Shown: positions 1 through 14,158, numbered from the stretch's first letter. The stretch is 64,000 nucleotides of DNA from Eledone cirrhosa (GCA_964016885.1 OZ024743.1:216256001-216320000), one strand, 5' to 3'. Program-made: numbers and translations. The notes: a model not told the origin generated them from the sequence alone.

Positions 1-800
1 CCGGCTATCAAATAGGAGGTAACGTCCTATCAAATCTTAGCCACGCAGACGATCTGGCCATCATGAGTTATTGAAGAACTGATCTGCAAAACTTTCTGAA
101 TGTACTGGCCAAGGATTCACTAGAAACTGTCTTACACATCAGCATCTCCAAAACAAAGTGTATGACAACTGATAAAACAATGCCTATCTACAATTCACAA
201 TCTACCACCAACAAATTGCTCATGTAATGGAGTTTGTATATCTCGGTCACAAGCTATCATTAAACAACAATGGAATGGTTGCTGCGCAGTATCGCATCGC
301 TCTAAGTTGGGCAGCTTTCAATTGGAATAAGGAAGTACTAATATCAAAACGAGTTTCCTATCATTTCAAGGCTAAGAACCTCGATACTTACATCTTACCA
401 GTTGTGTTATATGGTCTTGTGTTATTTGGACGACACAGTTACTTCAGAATGTCTCTACATTCCAAAACCACATCACGAGATTTATGATTGGCAAGCGTCT
501 CAGCGACCATATCTGTATCAGTGGGTTGCTCAACATCACCAGGCTTAGACCAATCACATCGGTTGTCTGGCCAAGAGTGCTTAAACTGTATGGTTATATC
601 AAAATATCAACTCGTGGTGTGAGTAAGTTATGCCTAGAAGGAAAGTTGGCTAGTAAAAGAAGCAGAGGCCGGTAGCCAAAACGATGGCTTGATAATATCA
701 ACTTATGGACTGGATTTAACCTTTGATCTTTAAACTCTGCTATGGGGGATAGAAATTTGGGGAGAAAAATATCTCATGATGATGTGCCGTGTGCACCTGG
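1..800 (+). mobile_element. Decayed RTE-clade LINE, RT C-terminal/3' fragment
   Basis: Translations give LSHADDLA (YADD-like), ISISKTKCM, EFVYLG...RIALSWAAF, YILPVVLYG, LKLYGYI and KRSRGR, typical RTE motifs, broken by stops and frameshifts. Confidence 0.8.
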
Positions 801-1339
801 GGAAGTTAGCATTTAGAAGGAATGAATGCACTTAGGTTGATTTAATGGACTTTCCCCTTCCCTTCAAATTGCTGAACTTTTGTCTAAATTAGAAAAAAAT
901 TATCATTTGTTTGTAGAGTGTTTGCCTTTTGTACGGATTTTATGAGTTATGTTTTAATAATGTGAATTGGTTAAGTAAAAATAATCATCGTATTATTTTG
1001 TTGTATGCTGTGTTTGGTTTACCCAACCTAGACCCTATCTACCTCGTCATTGCAGATGGTTTCAGAAAATGACAGGAGTTGATTTATGTTAGTACACTTA
1101 AAATTTTGGAAACATAATCGTGTACGAAACCGGTTTACATCCATTACATAAATAAAAATGTATCTAAACATATATGCAAATAAAATCGGTCAGAGCTTTG
1201 TGAATGCTTGAAAATGTCATGACACAATGACAATGTCAAAATGCTTCATAAGCTGTGGGTTCGAATCTTGCAAATGGTACTTATATAGATGTTAATATAA
1301 AATATACATAAGTACATACATGAATGGTACGTACGTATA

Positions 1340-1341
1340 TG

Positions 1342-1390
<49 letters not shown>

Positions 1391-1464
1391 TCATACATGC
1401 AGACGTACATACACGCATAAGTACATGCCTACGTGCCTACCTACATACATACATTCTCACACAC

Positions 1465-1496
<32 letters not shown>

Positions 1497-1520
1497 GCGC
1501 TCGCGCACACACACACACCT
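1340..1520. repeat. Compound (TA)n/(CA)n/(CG)n microsatellite, representative of dozens of such tracts in the window
   Basis: Seen directly; source of the spurious IYIY/THTH ORFs. Confidence 0.95.
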
Positions 1521-2125
1521 ATACATGCGTATGTACAATATACACGTGTGTTTCTATGTTCGTACATGTGTGTATTAATATATGATGGTGCGGATGATTA
1601 TACACGTGTTAATTTATGCGTAAGTACATACATACATTTACCTACACTCAGTACATCACTCTCAGAAACGAAGCTTTTGTATCTGTGGTAAAATGTTTTT
1701 ATATATCTTTGCGTATAGCAATACATCTGTATAGACGTGTTTACAATGAAGAAATTGTACTTTTTGTGTGTCCATAATATACGTGGTCGCTTATTCAAAT
1801 TCTCAATAGAGAATTTAGTTACGTAATTTTACTAAATGCTAAATATTAACCAAATAACGTATGTATTCTTACAGAATGGAGATGGGCTATTAGCCTTACA
1901 TTATATGAATGCATTCCATTAGGAAATGAGATCCTCACCTAACATTCGCAAAATAACGAACATTTCTGACTGCGGTATTCTGGCAAGCGTTTTAACGAAG
2001 TAATTCATGGCATATTATGAATAGCTCACCTTCTAAAGCAGCAGATGAAGTGAAGTTAAATACAAATCAAGGAGATCCTAAGCTAGTTCTCCATTTATAT
2101 ATATATATATATATATATATGCCTC

Positions 2126-2230
<105 letters not shown>

Positions 2231-4065
2231 GAAATGTTTTTTTCTTTCCTCAAAGGATTTTGGTTCTATATGCACTTGGGTTCTTACACTATTTTATCCC
2301 GTTCTGCCTTCATATTTTTTTCCAGTGCCAAATAAAGAAGAAAAAGGTTTCATAAGAATAAAAGATGCTGAAAGTTCACATGATTGATAAGTTTCATAAT
2401 ATAGCAATATATGGTCGAATCTTACAAATAGGAGTAATACTGAGCAACATAAAAAAAACTGTCCATCGTCAATAAGTATACGACACAATACACATAGATT
2501 CAGCTGTTAATCAACATCTGGATCCAACAACACATATCCTAAATATCACATATTCATCGTATATCGCTGTACCGGGAATATCTTAATCCAATTCTGTTTA
2601 AACAAGGAAACTATATTAAGAAACAAAAGCCCAAACTAAACATTGTATAACAACAGGATACAAGGAAAAAGAAAACATATAAGAAAGAGAATAACATACG
2701 TTCAAAAGATGAGATCACAAGTTTGCCCGGCGATACAAAACACTAAGATCAAACTACTATGAAATTATACTTATGTACGACAAACCATCTCACAAATCCA
2801 ATTCTCTCACATAGATAGATGTTAAGCATTTCTTCGTGCAAGAGAACGCGAGTATTATCTCCAGTCAATATGTATAGAGAGATGGGACGAGAAAGCAATG
2901 ATCAATCTGCTATAAGTGTGGGCTAGATTAGACAATTAAATGGCCACCACGTCAAGATTTCTGGTGTAGAGGTGCCGATAACTAAAGGAGAAATAGTGTT
3001 ATAGAATGCACCATAAACCCTTATCACAAATGCCTCTATACCACTGCATTGTGAAATGCAGTCGGGAGATGCCAACATGTTATCCCCACACGCCAGCCTG
3101 TAAAGGGTATGTAGAACCTGTAGTGTGAGTCGTGTGGGGGAAATATAACATATTTATTGCTTCCGCTCGTTTCTGTTTACTAGGTTTGCCGAAATGTCGC
3201 AGATGAATTTGAGACAATGTTAGAAAAACATTACCGAAGTGACAGGCAACAACATCGAAACGAGCAAATTACTGAAGTGTAAATCTTTTATAACTTCAAA
3301 ATTATTGTTTTTTTTTTCACAGTATGACTATATGATTAAACGTATTTTGTGTTTAATAACATATATTACACGACTTATCTTTGACAAACTAAGAACAGAA
3401 TGATTAAGCATATTTCGATGGACATGCTAAAATGACCTCTTAAATAACCCCTATGTCTCTCTCCGTTCTCTATATACATTATTATTTAAAAGTAAGGAAG
3501 GACCGTGCATGGTAAACTTGTTAGAATGGGTCGGATAAACAAGAGGAGATCTGAGTGTATTTTACATCATTATGGTCGAGTGTTAGGTGTTTACCGAAGA
3601 GTTCCTATAATATTCGGAGAAAGTAGATCATATTTTCATGAGTCATTTTTGCAGGGTAGGAATTAATGTCATTGAATGTTCCAAACTAAATAGCATTTTG
3701 CTGACTAAAGATTACACGCTAAGGCAGTTGTCAGTTGAACAGTTAATTATATGTTATTCCTCAAGAAAAATGGTTGACCCTTACCTGACCCCTTCTAGCT
3801 GAAAACTGAACCTATTTTTAACAATTACTTGAACGTTAAGTTTAGGAGAAATGTTACATGTGTGAAAATGATGCGCTAATTGACAAAAACATAACACAAT
3901 GTTTCACATGACACATATGTTGATACGCACACACATGCATACATAAAGACATCCAAATGTATTTGTTTATGTATGAGTGAGTTTGTGTGTTTGTGTGTAT
4001 GTGTATGTATTTCAAAGATAAAATAGGGTTATAATCTTCGTAACTGAAGTACGCCATTCACGTAC

Positions 4066-4095
4066 ATTCTTCTTCTTCTTCTTCTTCTTCTTCTT

Positions 4096-4126
<31 letters not shown>

Positions 4127-4480
4127 TTCTTCTTCTTCTTCTTCTTCTTCTTCTTCTTCTTCTTCTTCTTCTTCTTCTTCTTCTTCTTCTTCTTCTTCTT
4201 CTTCTTCATGGGAAGGTCGCGGAGGCAGAGTCGTCAAGTACACATTCAGAGAGATTCTATCAGAAGCAACTATTTCAAATGTCCGGCTCCAGTTGAGCCA
4301 GCTGTATCTCAAAGCTAAACCAACCGACCTCGAAGATTTAATCCAGCTTTCTTCTCCTGGTTTGGATTTTGGTGTCCTACTGGCTGACCTTGCCAGTAAA
4401 TCTGTTCAGCGATTATTTTCTGAGTTTATCTATCAACATGCCCGTAATATGTCATCTCTCGATTCAGAGAAGAAGCGGCA
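4066..4480 (-). mobile_element. RTE LINE 3' end with long (GAA)n tail
   Basis: Minus strand reads NREMTYYGHVDR (LxWxGHVxR motif), then ...EIVASDRISL..., then runs directly into ~140 bp of (GAA)n at 4066-4208. Confidence 0.65.
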
Positions 4481-5168
4481 CTAACTGGAGTAACTAACTG
4501 ATTTCCGAACTACGAACTTTATAAAATAAAGTTACGCGAAACTATTTCGATCGCACCCCAATTCAGTCCCTTGTATGCGTGATTGTATACTTTCAGCCAT
4601 TACTCATATTGAGTAAGTACACCGAATTGAATATAGCTAGTTTGGTGTTTACACCTACCTCCCTCATTTTGATGACCGAGTGCTAAACCTTGCACATCAT
4701 CCAACTGTTCCTGCAAATATTGCTTTTGATACAGTCTATTGCATTCATTCACTCAAAAGTAAAAATGTATGTGTGAATTTGTCTTGTACATTGTCTGTTA
4801 TATTTTCTTTTTTCAGTCATTTCAATACGCCAACATGTTATTCATTATTTTCACCCTCGTTCCAATTTTTCTGTATTTTATCTGCCTGTATCCCGCTTCA
4901 TGGACAGTCTCTCTCACTTGCCCTGGACAGAATCTTTGGTCATCGCCCTCATTGGCAGCATTTGGCTGCTTTACCAGGTGTGCTAGTCTTGAATTTTCTC
5001 ATTTTTCTATGAATTCAAATATACTCTCGCTTCGTTTAAAAAATCAGAGATAACAATGTTTAATCATATATATATATGTATGTAAAAGGTAAATAGAAAT
5101 AACAACACAATTGGTACAGTAAATGGAAGGTCTATATTAGGTTAACGCTTGATATAACAGGAAGAGGG

Positions 5169-5204
5169 TCTTAACGTTTCGGACGATAGTCCTTCACCAG
5201 AAGA
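5169..5204 (-). ncRNA. Degenerate minimal type I hammerhead in a PLE-like 3' terminus (module ~5085-5400; related fragment at 11222-11300)
   Basis: tctt-CTGGTGA-a-ggac/tatc/gtcc-GAAA-cg-TT-aaga; A6 is mutated to G. Confidence 0.6.
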
Positions 5205-6347
5205 AAGAATGAGAAATAAAATACATTGAGAGGACAGGTGGGATGGAATTGGAAAAAATGTCTTTAGATAAAAATAACAGATCTATTCAGGTTGGTGCGT
5301 GTGTCTGTCTGTGTATTTTTGTCTGTGTGTCTGTGTGTGTGTGTCTGTGTGGGTGGCGTGTGTGTGGGCGTCAGTGTGTATGTGTGCGTGTGGGTGTGTA
5401 ACGTATATGCAATTTTTCGTTCTCGTGCTGAGCTTGCTAGTCATTTAAGAGCTTAAAATAATCATCAGTCTGGGAACGATTATGTTGGTGTCCTCCTTGA
5501 AAGACCTGCAGGTTATTGTATCAGTTTTGCTGCATAGCCTCAAGGTAAACTGCTTGACTCAAGCGGTACATGAGAGCGCTTAAATAGGGAGTTACTTTCA
5601 GGAGTGTTCGGGAGCCTCGTATATGTTACATCTGTAGTACAATATGCAAGGGTGAGGCCAGTTTACGGAGTTTATTTTGGGGTTCATAGCCGTTCAGCAC
5701 AACAGTGAATATATGGTGCTTTCTCTAAAGAGGTGGCAATTATCATTTATATGTGTGTGGCGGGTATTATATAACCCACTCTAGATTTCTATTTGAATTA
5801 TACATAGGTTGCCTGCTAGAATACGTAGTTTAAACATTGATGATTAATCTTTGATTTCATAATATCAATACTTTTCAATAATTGTGAATCTAAATAACTA
5901 TAGGTTTTATCGACTAATTCGTGCATTATATATTTGTAAAACGTTACAATCGATCACATGGGGATAGTAAGATCTCTTTTGGATAGAGAGTATTCACTCA
6001 AAAAACGGTGTTTTGTCTAGATTAATACATTAAGGAAATTGGTTAAATAAATATTTAACAGTTTGGTTACATTCTTTTTTTTATTTATTTTTTCAATTCG
6101 AAAGAAATCTGAGAAAATCCTCATAATTGCTAAAAAAAAAATTCGCTTCTTGAATATTGCTTAAATCTTATTAAGTTGGCGTAATTTTTATATATATTTA
6201 TCAGAACAAGATAGAAAAACCCTTGAGGACACAATAATTTATCTGTCTATCCATCTATCGATCAATGTTTAATCTATATAACATCAGCACACACTTTTCC
6301 ACATCTATTCTCTGATTGTCATTTTCCACATCCTTTCCTGCTCTAAT

Positions 6348-6349
<2 letters not shown>

Positions 6350-6432
<83 letters not shown>

Positions 6433-6545
6433 ATCTCTCTCTCTCTCTCTCTCTCCCTCCTTTTCTTTCTCTCTCTTTTCGCTCTCTATCATCTCTCTAT
6501 TCTCGCTCTCTATTATCTCTTTCTCTTCTCTCCCTTTTTCTCTCA
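6350..6545. repeat. (CT)n microsatellite and pyrimidine-rich tract
   Basis: Seen directly. Confidence 0.95.
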
Positions 6546-7054
6546 TTCCGTATTTTATCAATCTATATTCATTTTCCAGTACATCTGTCTTAATGTGTTT
6601 AGTTCGTTAATCTTTCTGTTAATCACACTAATACACGTTCTGTCTTATCAACGTATTTTAAGCGTTATTTTAATTATTCCTCTAGGTCTAGTGATAACAT
6701 TTTTAATCACACAATTTCATTCCCCTGACGACAAATGGGAATTTCAACTAAATGAAAATATACCCGCAAATAACATTTCAAAACGTTCAAGCTGTAGTTT
6801 TCTCTTTCAATAATCAAATTGATAAGCATATACATTATGTAAATAAACATACACACAGAAAAGGGTATATTAATTCAAATTATCTTATACATAATCAAAT
6901 CTATAAGGGAACCAGTTATGTTCCATAGTATAAATTGTTGATTAAAATAACGGATAGTGATGAATGTAGTGCAATATATATGGACTGAGTGCTCTACCAC
7001 TATGGATATTACCTTCCAGTGTTCTACCTATAAAAGTCTAAAGTCTGTCTTAAG

Positions 7055-7317
7055 CCAGAAGGCTCATTTGGCCGGTGCTTATCCCGGTTTCGTGGCGGGT
7101 AGCGACTGAGAGTACAATACTTCCCCCTGGACAGGACGTCAGTCCATCGCAGGGTTAAACCTCCAGCTATTGCTGGTACTCATTCTCAGCTGAGTATATT
7201 GGAGCAACGTGAAATGAAGCGTTTTGGTCAAGAACACAACACGCACACAACCCAGGAATCGAACCCACGACATTATGTTCGTAAGTCCAACACTCTTACC
7301 ACTAGGCAACGTGCCTC

Positions 7318-7318
<1 letters not shown>
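7055..7318 (-). mobile_element. tRNA-derived SINE with a central domain resembling MetaSINE-type elements
   Basis: A box (tgcctagtgg), B box (ggttcgattcc), then gtgttcttgaccaaaac... and ccctgcgatggactg...gaaaccgggataag; similarity recalled, not searched. A further fragment lies at 42961-43060. Confidence 0.75.
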
Positions 7319-7410
<92 letters not shown>

Positions 7411-7412
<2 letters not shown>

Positions 7413-7975
7413 TATTCTTCTCACCCATATTTTTCATATATATACCCAAACTGCAATTCTGTGTTTCTCTCTTTCTCTCTTACTGCTCCCTCGTTCTCTC
7501 TGTTTCTCTTACTTTCTTTCGTCCCCTCTGCCATGTCAGTTAACACTTTCTCTATACTGACCTCTTCCTCGCACTCCCACTCACTCAGTCCCTGTTTCTC
7601 CCCTTCTTTCTTCCTCCCGTTCGCTGTGAAAACGGTTTTCCTTCTTTCTAACACCGAATTCACTAGCGAAAGGTCTGTTTCTGACTCGCGCATATTTTCA
7701 CACAGCTTATGCTGAAAAATAACTATGTTGCTTGTGTTTACTTCCATCTTCGGTTAGCTTCCCCCTGTGTTGTTTACTTGTCTCACTCGCTTTACGCGTT
7801 TCTATTGTCCTAATAACTTATTTTAGTTATTATCGCTCCAACGTGAGGTATATGATTGTTAATGCGATGAAATACCCATGATCGTTTGGTAAATCACTGA
7901 TGAGGGACTCATTTTATAACATGTTATCCATGTGCAACCAGCAGTATTCTTCTCACCCATATTTTTCATATATAT
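7411..7975 (+). mobile_element. ~530-bp module with ~35-bp terminal direct repeat, bounded by microsatellites; contains CTGATGA
   Basis: agtattcttctcacccatatttttcatatata occurs at both 7411 and 7943; an inverted partial copy lies at 48332-48416. Confidence 0.6.
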
Positions 7976-8384
7976 ATATATATATATATATAAGTATATT
8001 AAATTAAGAGACTAAAATAATTGAATAAAATGCACACATCTTCGGGCGGGTGGTTTCCCCACTCACGCAATAATCAAATTAAGACTGTGTTATTAAAATT
8101 TAAATCCAACTGGTTAGAATGCCCATGTAGATTAATCAGGGGAGAAGACGATTCGTGTAGATATAATTGTTGAGATACCCGGACCCATGTATAAGTTACT
8201 ACGAATCCGATCTGCTGGCAAAGTTCAGAATGGAACAACCATGTGCAGAAAATTAGGTAATATTAATATACATTACGTAATTTGGCGCTTCCCTATTTAC
8301 ATATGTGTGTAAGTATGTAGATCCCGAGTAAAATCGAAGTACTCAGTATATCAGTTCTAATCCTGTAGAAGATATTTCTATATT

Positions 8385-9170
8385 AAATAATTGGCACAGG
8401 ACCAGCAATTGGACCCAGTGTATTATTGGTGTTTTATTTCAACGACCCTGTAAGGATGAAAAGCAAAGATAACCCGGCGGGATTATAACTCAGATCATAA
8501 AGGGCCGTAATTGTTTGCTGCAAAGCATGGCGTCAATTAAATAATTGTTTCTATTTTAGGCACAAGGCCAGCAATTACACAGTACATTACTGGTACTTTA
8601 TTTTATCGACCCCGTAAGGATGAAAGGCAAAGTTAACCTCGGCAGGATTTGAACTCAGATCATAAAGGGACGTAATTAAATAATTGTTTATACATTTGGC
8701 ACAAGGCCAGCAATAAACCAATGTATTACTGGTACTTTATTTTATCGACCCCGAAAGGATGAAAGACAAAGTTTACCTCGGCGGGATTTGAACTCAGAAT
8801 GGCAAGGACCGTAACTCTATGCGTCAAAGCATGGCGTCCAACCCTCTACCGATACTGCCAATCCTCCGCCCTTAATTAATTAATTAAATAATTGTTTCTA
8901 CTTTTTGGCTCAAGGCCAGCAATTACCCAATGCATTACTGGTACTTTATTCTATCGACTCCGGAAGGATGAAAGCAAAGTTAACCTCGGCGGGATTTGAA
9001 CTCAGATCATACGGGGAGGTAACTCTATGCTTCAAAGCATGGCACCCGACCCTCTACCGATATTGCCGATCCACCACCTTAATTAATTAAATAATTGTTT
9101 CTACTTTAGGCACAAGGCCAGCAATTACCCAGTGCATTACTGGTACTTTCTTTTATCGAATTAATTAAAT
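8385..9170 (-). mobile_element. Head-to-tail array of about five partial/full OK-type octopus SINEs
   Basis: Repeated ggcacaaggccagcaatt...ctggtactttattttatcgacc...gatttgaactcag units; B box gagttcaaatc on the minus strand. Confidence 0.85.
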
Positions 9171-9724
9171 AATGACATTTATATATGTATGTATGTGTAT
9201 ATATATATATACATATATATATATGTGTGTGTGTGTGTATGTGTTTGTGGGTGGGGGGGGGGTGACCACGTCTGTATGTAATACATGTTTAAAACCTTAC
9301 ATTAATTAATACTACTATCTTTAGGGTTTACTTGAAATATGATATCAATTATTAAAGAAGTTGCTTGCAATAAGATTGGCCAATTGGAACGTTTGAAAAA
9401 TATAAACAATTCATTTCAGAGTGGCTGTTATCGCTAAGGAAACACACACACACACATGCATACGCACGCACGCACACACACACACACACACATACACACA
9501 CACACACACAACCAAGTTGGAAATTAAGATAATATGAAATGACAATGCTGGAAACTAATAATAACAATTCCCAATTTATATCTGCTCAGAAAATTGTACT
9601 TAAACATTGGCGAAATAAATTCTGTGGTGTAATAATTCTGTCTACTTTTCACGGTCTAAAATTTTATGTTAATAAAGTATACCTTAGAGTTCTAAGTAAG
9701 CATTATTATTTTCACACTTCTTCA

Positions 9725-9907
9725 ATTGGCAGTATAGCTAGAGGGTCGGACGCCACGCTTTGACGCATAGAATTACGGCCCTTGCCATTCTGAGTTCAAA
9801 TCCCGGCGAGGTTAAATTTGCCTTCATCCTTACTGGGTCAATAGAATAAAGTAGCAGTAATGCACTGGTTAATTGCTGACCTTGTGCCAAAAGTAGAAAC
9901 AATTATT
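9725..9907 (+). mobile_element. OK-type SINE
   Basis: ttggcagtat...ctgagttcaaatccc...agaaacaattatt. Confidence 0.85.
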
Positions 9908-10074
9908 TTCACACTCCTTATCAGACAAATTCTCTCTCTATATATATAATTTTATGCCGATAACTCTTCAAAATGCAGAATCTAATATTCGGGCCACGAT
10001 GTTAGCGATGAGGTGGGCACTTTCCGTTCGTGCTCTAAGGAAGCCCCTACAATGGACCTCCACATACTGCGATA

Positions 10075-10830
10075 CCTCATAGGGAGGTTGGCTAAAGAAC
10101 CTGATGCAGGTCGGCCCCCGATTAATTTATATCTATGAAAAACTGTTGATAGGGTCGACAATTGCTACTTCGCGGCAGTCCTCAAAGCAACCAGCTTCGG
10201 ACCCGTCTTATGGGCTGGATCACTGCAATACATATCAACCGTTGGTGTGTGGCTAGAAAGAATGGTCACCTCTCGGAACCGTTCAAAATCAATAACTCAA
10301 TCCGCCAAGGATATCTCTTCTCGTCTTATTTGTATGTATTGGATCTCGAGTCAATACACTAAATATTTGTGACGTTAAGGGCCATCTCGCCACTCTCAGA
10401 CAGTATGAAGCAGTTAGAGGTGCAAAAATCAACAAGATGGCGATGAACCTGTAGCTTGGCACCTGCTGAGGCATGTCCTTTCCCTCTGCCAACGTCGTCA
10501 GGAGCTGGACAGACGAACCATTAAATTGCACAGGTTTGGCTTAGACCGGACCATAAGATGAGAAAAGTTGGGAGGAGGTAACAAGCAGGGTGGAGTCTAT
10601 CGACCAGAAATGGGCTGCGAGGAAGCTATCCTTGAAAGGTTGGTCAGAAGTGGCCAATGCGTACATCAAATCCGTCATCCACTTCTGCCAGCCCATTCTG
10701 TCTTGTACTGGAATGTTTTTTGTGGAAGGAACAGTCATCTCTGGTTAGGCGGTCCCTTTACCAGGATTGGGCATGCTGTGGCTGATGATGCTTAAACATG
10801 CGCCGAGGTTACGATATCTCCAACTTTTCC
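10075..10830 (+). mobile_element. Decayed L1/Tx1-clade LINE RT fragment
   Basis: KTVDRVD; NGHLSEPFKINNSIRQGYLFSSYLYVLDLE (RQGxxxSP motif); KWAARKLSLKGWSEVAN (WxxRxLSxxGR motif). Confidence 0.75.
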
Positions 10831-10936
10831 TTGGTTGTTAAAAGTTCCGGCCGCCGCTCGCAAAACATGTTTCTTTTTTCACCCAACTCCTCCGTTTGAC
10901 GGTACACACTTAACTAACACAGACACACACACGCAT

Positions 10937-10968
<32 letters not shown>

Positions 10969-11134
10969 GTATATATATATATATATATTAAAATAAGGGT
11001 GAAAGCAGCGATTTTTTATTTAAATTTAATCTGTTACTTTAATAAATAATTACTCTAGGGTTCTTATATATTTGATATATAATTATCCTTATTGAGCCCT
11101 CTTTGGATTTTAGTCTTCACATTTATTATTATTA

Positions 11135-11228
<94 letters not shown>

Positions 11229-11298
11229 GGTAAACAGAAATAACAACACAATCTGTACAGTATATATTAGATTAACGCTTGATATAGCAGGAAGAGGG

Positions 11299-11335
<37 letters not shown>

Positions 11336-11338
<3 letters not shown>

Positions 11339-14158
11339 CTCTCTGCTCCTTCCGTAGCCGAGATGACATCGTCATCAAACCGGCGGATAAGGGAGGCGCC
11401 GTGGTGGTGTGGCGCATGGACCTCTACACGGCCGAAGCCCTCAGGCAGCTCCATAAACCCCTCTTCTACCGCCCTCTACCCCCCGATCCCACACCCCTCT
11501 ACCAACAACAAGTTTTCTCCACCATCCAACACCTAGTCTCCTCCTCCCTCCTTCGCCCCACCGCTTCCCACCTAATCGTCCGCACCCCACGCACCCCCAT
11601 CATCAACTTCCTCCCCAAACTCCACAAACCTGACAACCCCGGCCGCCCCATCGCCTCCGCTTGCAACGGCCCCACAGAACTCATCTCCGCCGTTCTTGAC
11701 TCCATCCTCACCCCCCTTGTCACCACACCCCCTCCCACATCTCCGACACCAATCACGCTCTGCGCCTTTTCGACTCCTTCACCTACCCACCCGGCCCACA
11801 GCCCTTCCTCTTCACTCTAGATATCAAGTCCCTCTATATGTCATCCCTCACGCCGACGGCCTACGTGCCCTCAAGCACTACCTCGACCTTCGCCCATCCC
11901 CCGTCCCCTCTACCTCCACCCTCCTTCGCCTCGCCGAGCTGGTCCTCACCCTCAACTGTTTCTCCTTCTCCGCTGAGTTTTACCAACAGGTCACGGGGGT
12001 AACCAGAATGGGCCCAAACTTTGCCAACCTTTTTGTTGGCCATGTTGAGGCCCAAATCTTTGCCCAGTACACCGGCCCCACTGCCGAACTGTACGGTCGT
12101 TACATCGACAACCGTATCGGAGCCACGACCCTCACCCGAGAACAGCTTCTTCTGCTCCTTCCACCCCTCCCTCCACTTCACCACCTCTATCTCCACCATC
12201 CACGTCCACTTCTTAGACATCTCCGTCGCCTTCGACCCCTCCCACCACTCCCTCGTCACCTCCGCCTTCTTCAAACCCACCAACTCCCACTCCTACCTCG
12301 ACTTCACTTCTTCCCACCCAACACACAATAAACACTCTATTTCCTACTCCCGACCGAGATATTCGTCTCGGTGGTAGTTCCCCCATCGCCCGCCACTTTG
12401 GTGCCCCTGGACATTCCGCACACCACCTCACAATCTGTGGCCTACTCGAATGCCACGGAACACCCGTCACTCTCCTCAGGGTCGAAATACGAAACATCTT
12501 CACCCTACAGACCCACACTCCCTCCGGCCTGAACTCCCCACCCTTATTCCTTTAACCTTCGACCTCCCACCTACACATATCCCCCACTAACACCACTACC
12601 ACGGCCCTCCTTTTCACCGCCCACCCCACAACTAACAATACTAAAACCTCCACCCCACACCCGACCATCCTTCCCCAACTAACATACTAACATCCCTCCC
12701 TTCTTCTCCCCCCTCCTCTTATCACACGCACACACCCACCGGTACATATATACACGCGCTCACACTAAAGATACACCCTACTACCACCATTAACCCTCAC
12801 CCCCACACATCCACCCCACCACCCCGCAACTAACATCACTAACACCCCCGACCCCACGCACACGAACACACACACCCACTTACACCACCCACTCTACACG
12901 CAACTAACATCACTAACACCCCCCAACACTACGAACACGAACACACACACCCACTTACACCACCCACTCTACACACCCTACCACCACAGACACCCACTCA
13001 CACCCGCATTCAACCCTTTCCCCACCACATGGATACTAACACCCACTAACACCCCCTTCACCACACACACACTCATCCAAACACGCACACACACACGAGT
13101 ACACTACACTCCCTCCACCGGCCCCGACATCCTTCTCGCCCCGCTTCACCCACACCCTTTCTCACACACACACACATCCTACTAACACCTCTACCAATAC
13201 CCCCCCCCTCAATCCAACTTTCACACCTACCCATCCTCTCCCCTGTCCACCGCACCTCCGCACATACTGACACACCGACTTTCTTCACCTACCATTCTAC
13301 CCGACTGCTGCTATGCTCTTATCTCTGACCACCTCCCCGCATACACAGACATACAACCCTCCTCCTGCCTTGACCCTCTGACCACTTCCTGTTTCGCGCG
13401 CACCCCACATCTCCCCTCTTCCGACCAACCCAACCACGGATTACACATATTGAACATCGATCCCTAGAATTCACCACATCCCAAAGATATTACCCAGCAT
13501 TCCACCACATCCTCTACGGAACTAGCTTAAGGACTCACCCACTGACATACACTCAAAAACATTTTTTTTCCCACACGCCACCTACATCCACAACACACAT
13601 AAACACCACACACATACGTGCGTACCACCACATATTTACACACTCAGCCTCCGGAATCCTCACCCCCACCCCTATGACCCATCCCCATCCACACACCGAC
13701 CTACACCCCACCCCACACACACCTCTTCCTGAACATGCAACCCCGTTCTTCCCCCAACTCTTACTTCCACATACACACACACACACACGTACACCTACAC
13801 ATACACCACCTTCAGCCCTCCCCGCTCGGACACCCCGCCTCCCTCTCCCCACTACACACGCCACCACCCCTACACGCCCCACATCCTTCCAACACCTGTT
13901 TTACTTCATGTTTATCTTTATTTTTATTATGCTTTTACATTTAATTTCATTTGTACCGTTTCCTCTCACCCCCTTTTGTCTATATGTCTCTCCACCACCC
14001 CTCACACCCTTGGAACTCTCTTCCCACACACTTTTCACCCGAAGAAGGGCTTATGCCCAAAACGTCGTTCCCCAACACCACCCCACTCTCAAGAGCGTGA
14101 AACTAATAAACCTTTGTTCGTACTGCCTCTCTGTTTTGTTCCCGTTCAATGTTTTACT
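11336..14158 (+). mobile_element. Decayed Penelope-like element, Neptune-type: RT, GIY-YIG C-terminal remnant, CA-rich 3' region and HHR-bearing terminus
   Basis: DIVIKPADKGGAVVV, FLPKLHKPDNPGRPIAS, LDIKSLY, MGPNFANLFV, RYIDN, FLDI, KPTNSHSYL...SSHP, then PIARHF...PSGLN; frameshifted; (TA)n on both sides. Confidence 0.9.
14036..14070 (+). ncRNA. Degenerate PLE-type hammerhead
   Basis: CCGAAGA-a-gggc/ttat/gccc-AAAA-cg-TC (G12 lost); AATAAA follows at ~14105. Confidence 0.55.

Noticed and set aside
2740-2900. YVRQT resembling a GIY-YIG YVGQT motif
   Set aside because: Too short and surrounded by stops; no supporting motifs
7240-7318. tRNA-like sequence
   Set aside because: It is the head of a SINE, continuous with the SINE body; not called as a tRNA gene
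8385-9170. Repeat-spacer appearance suggesting CRISPR
   Set aside because: The units are SINE copies of variable length in eukaryotic DNA; no unique spacers or cas genes
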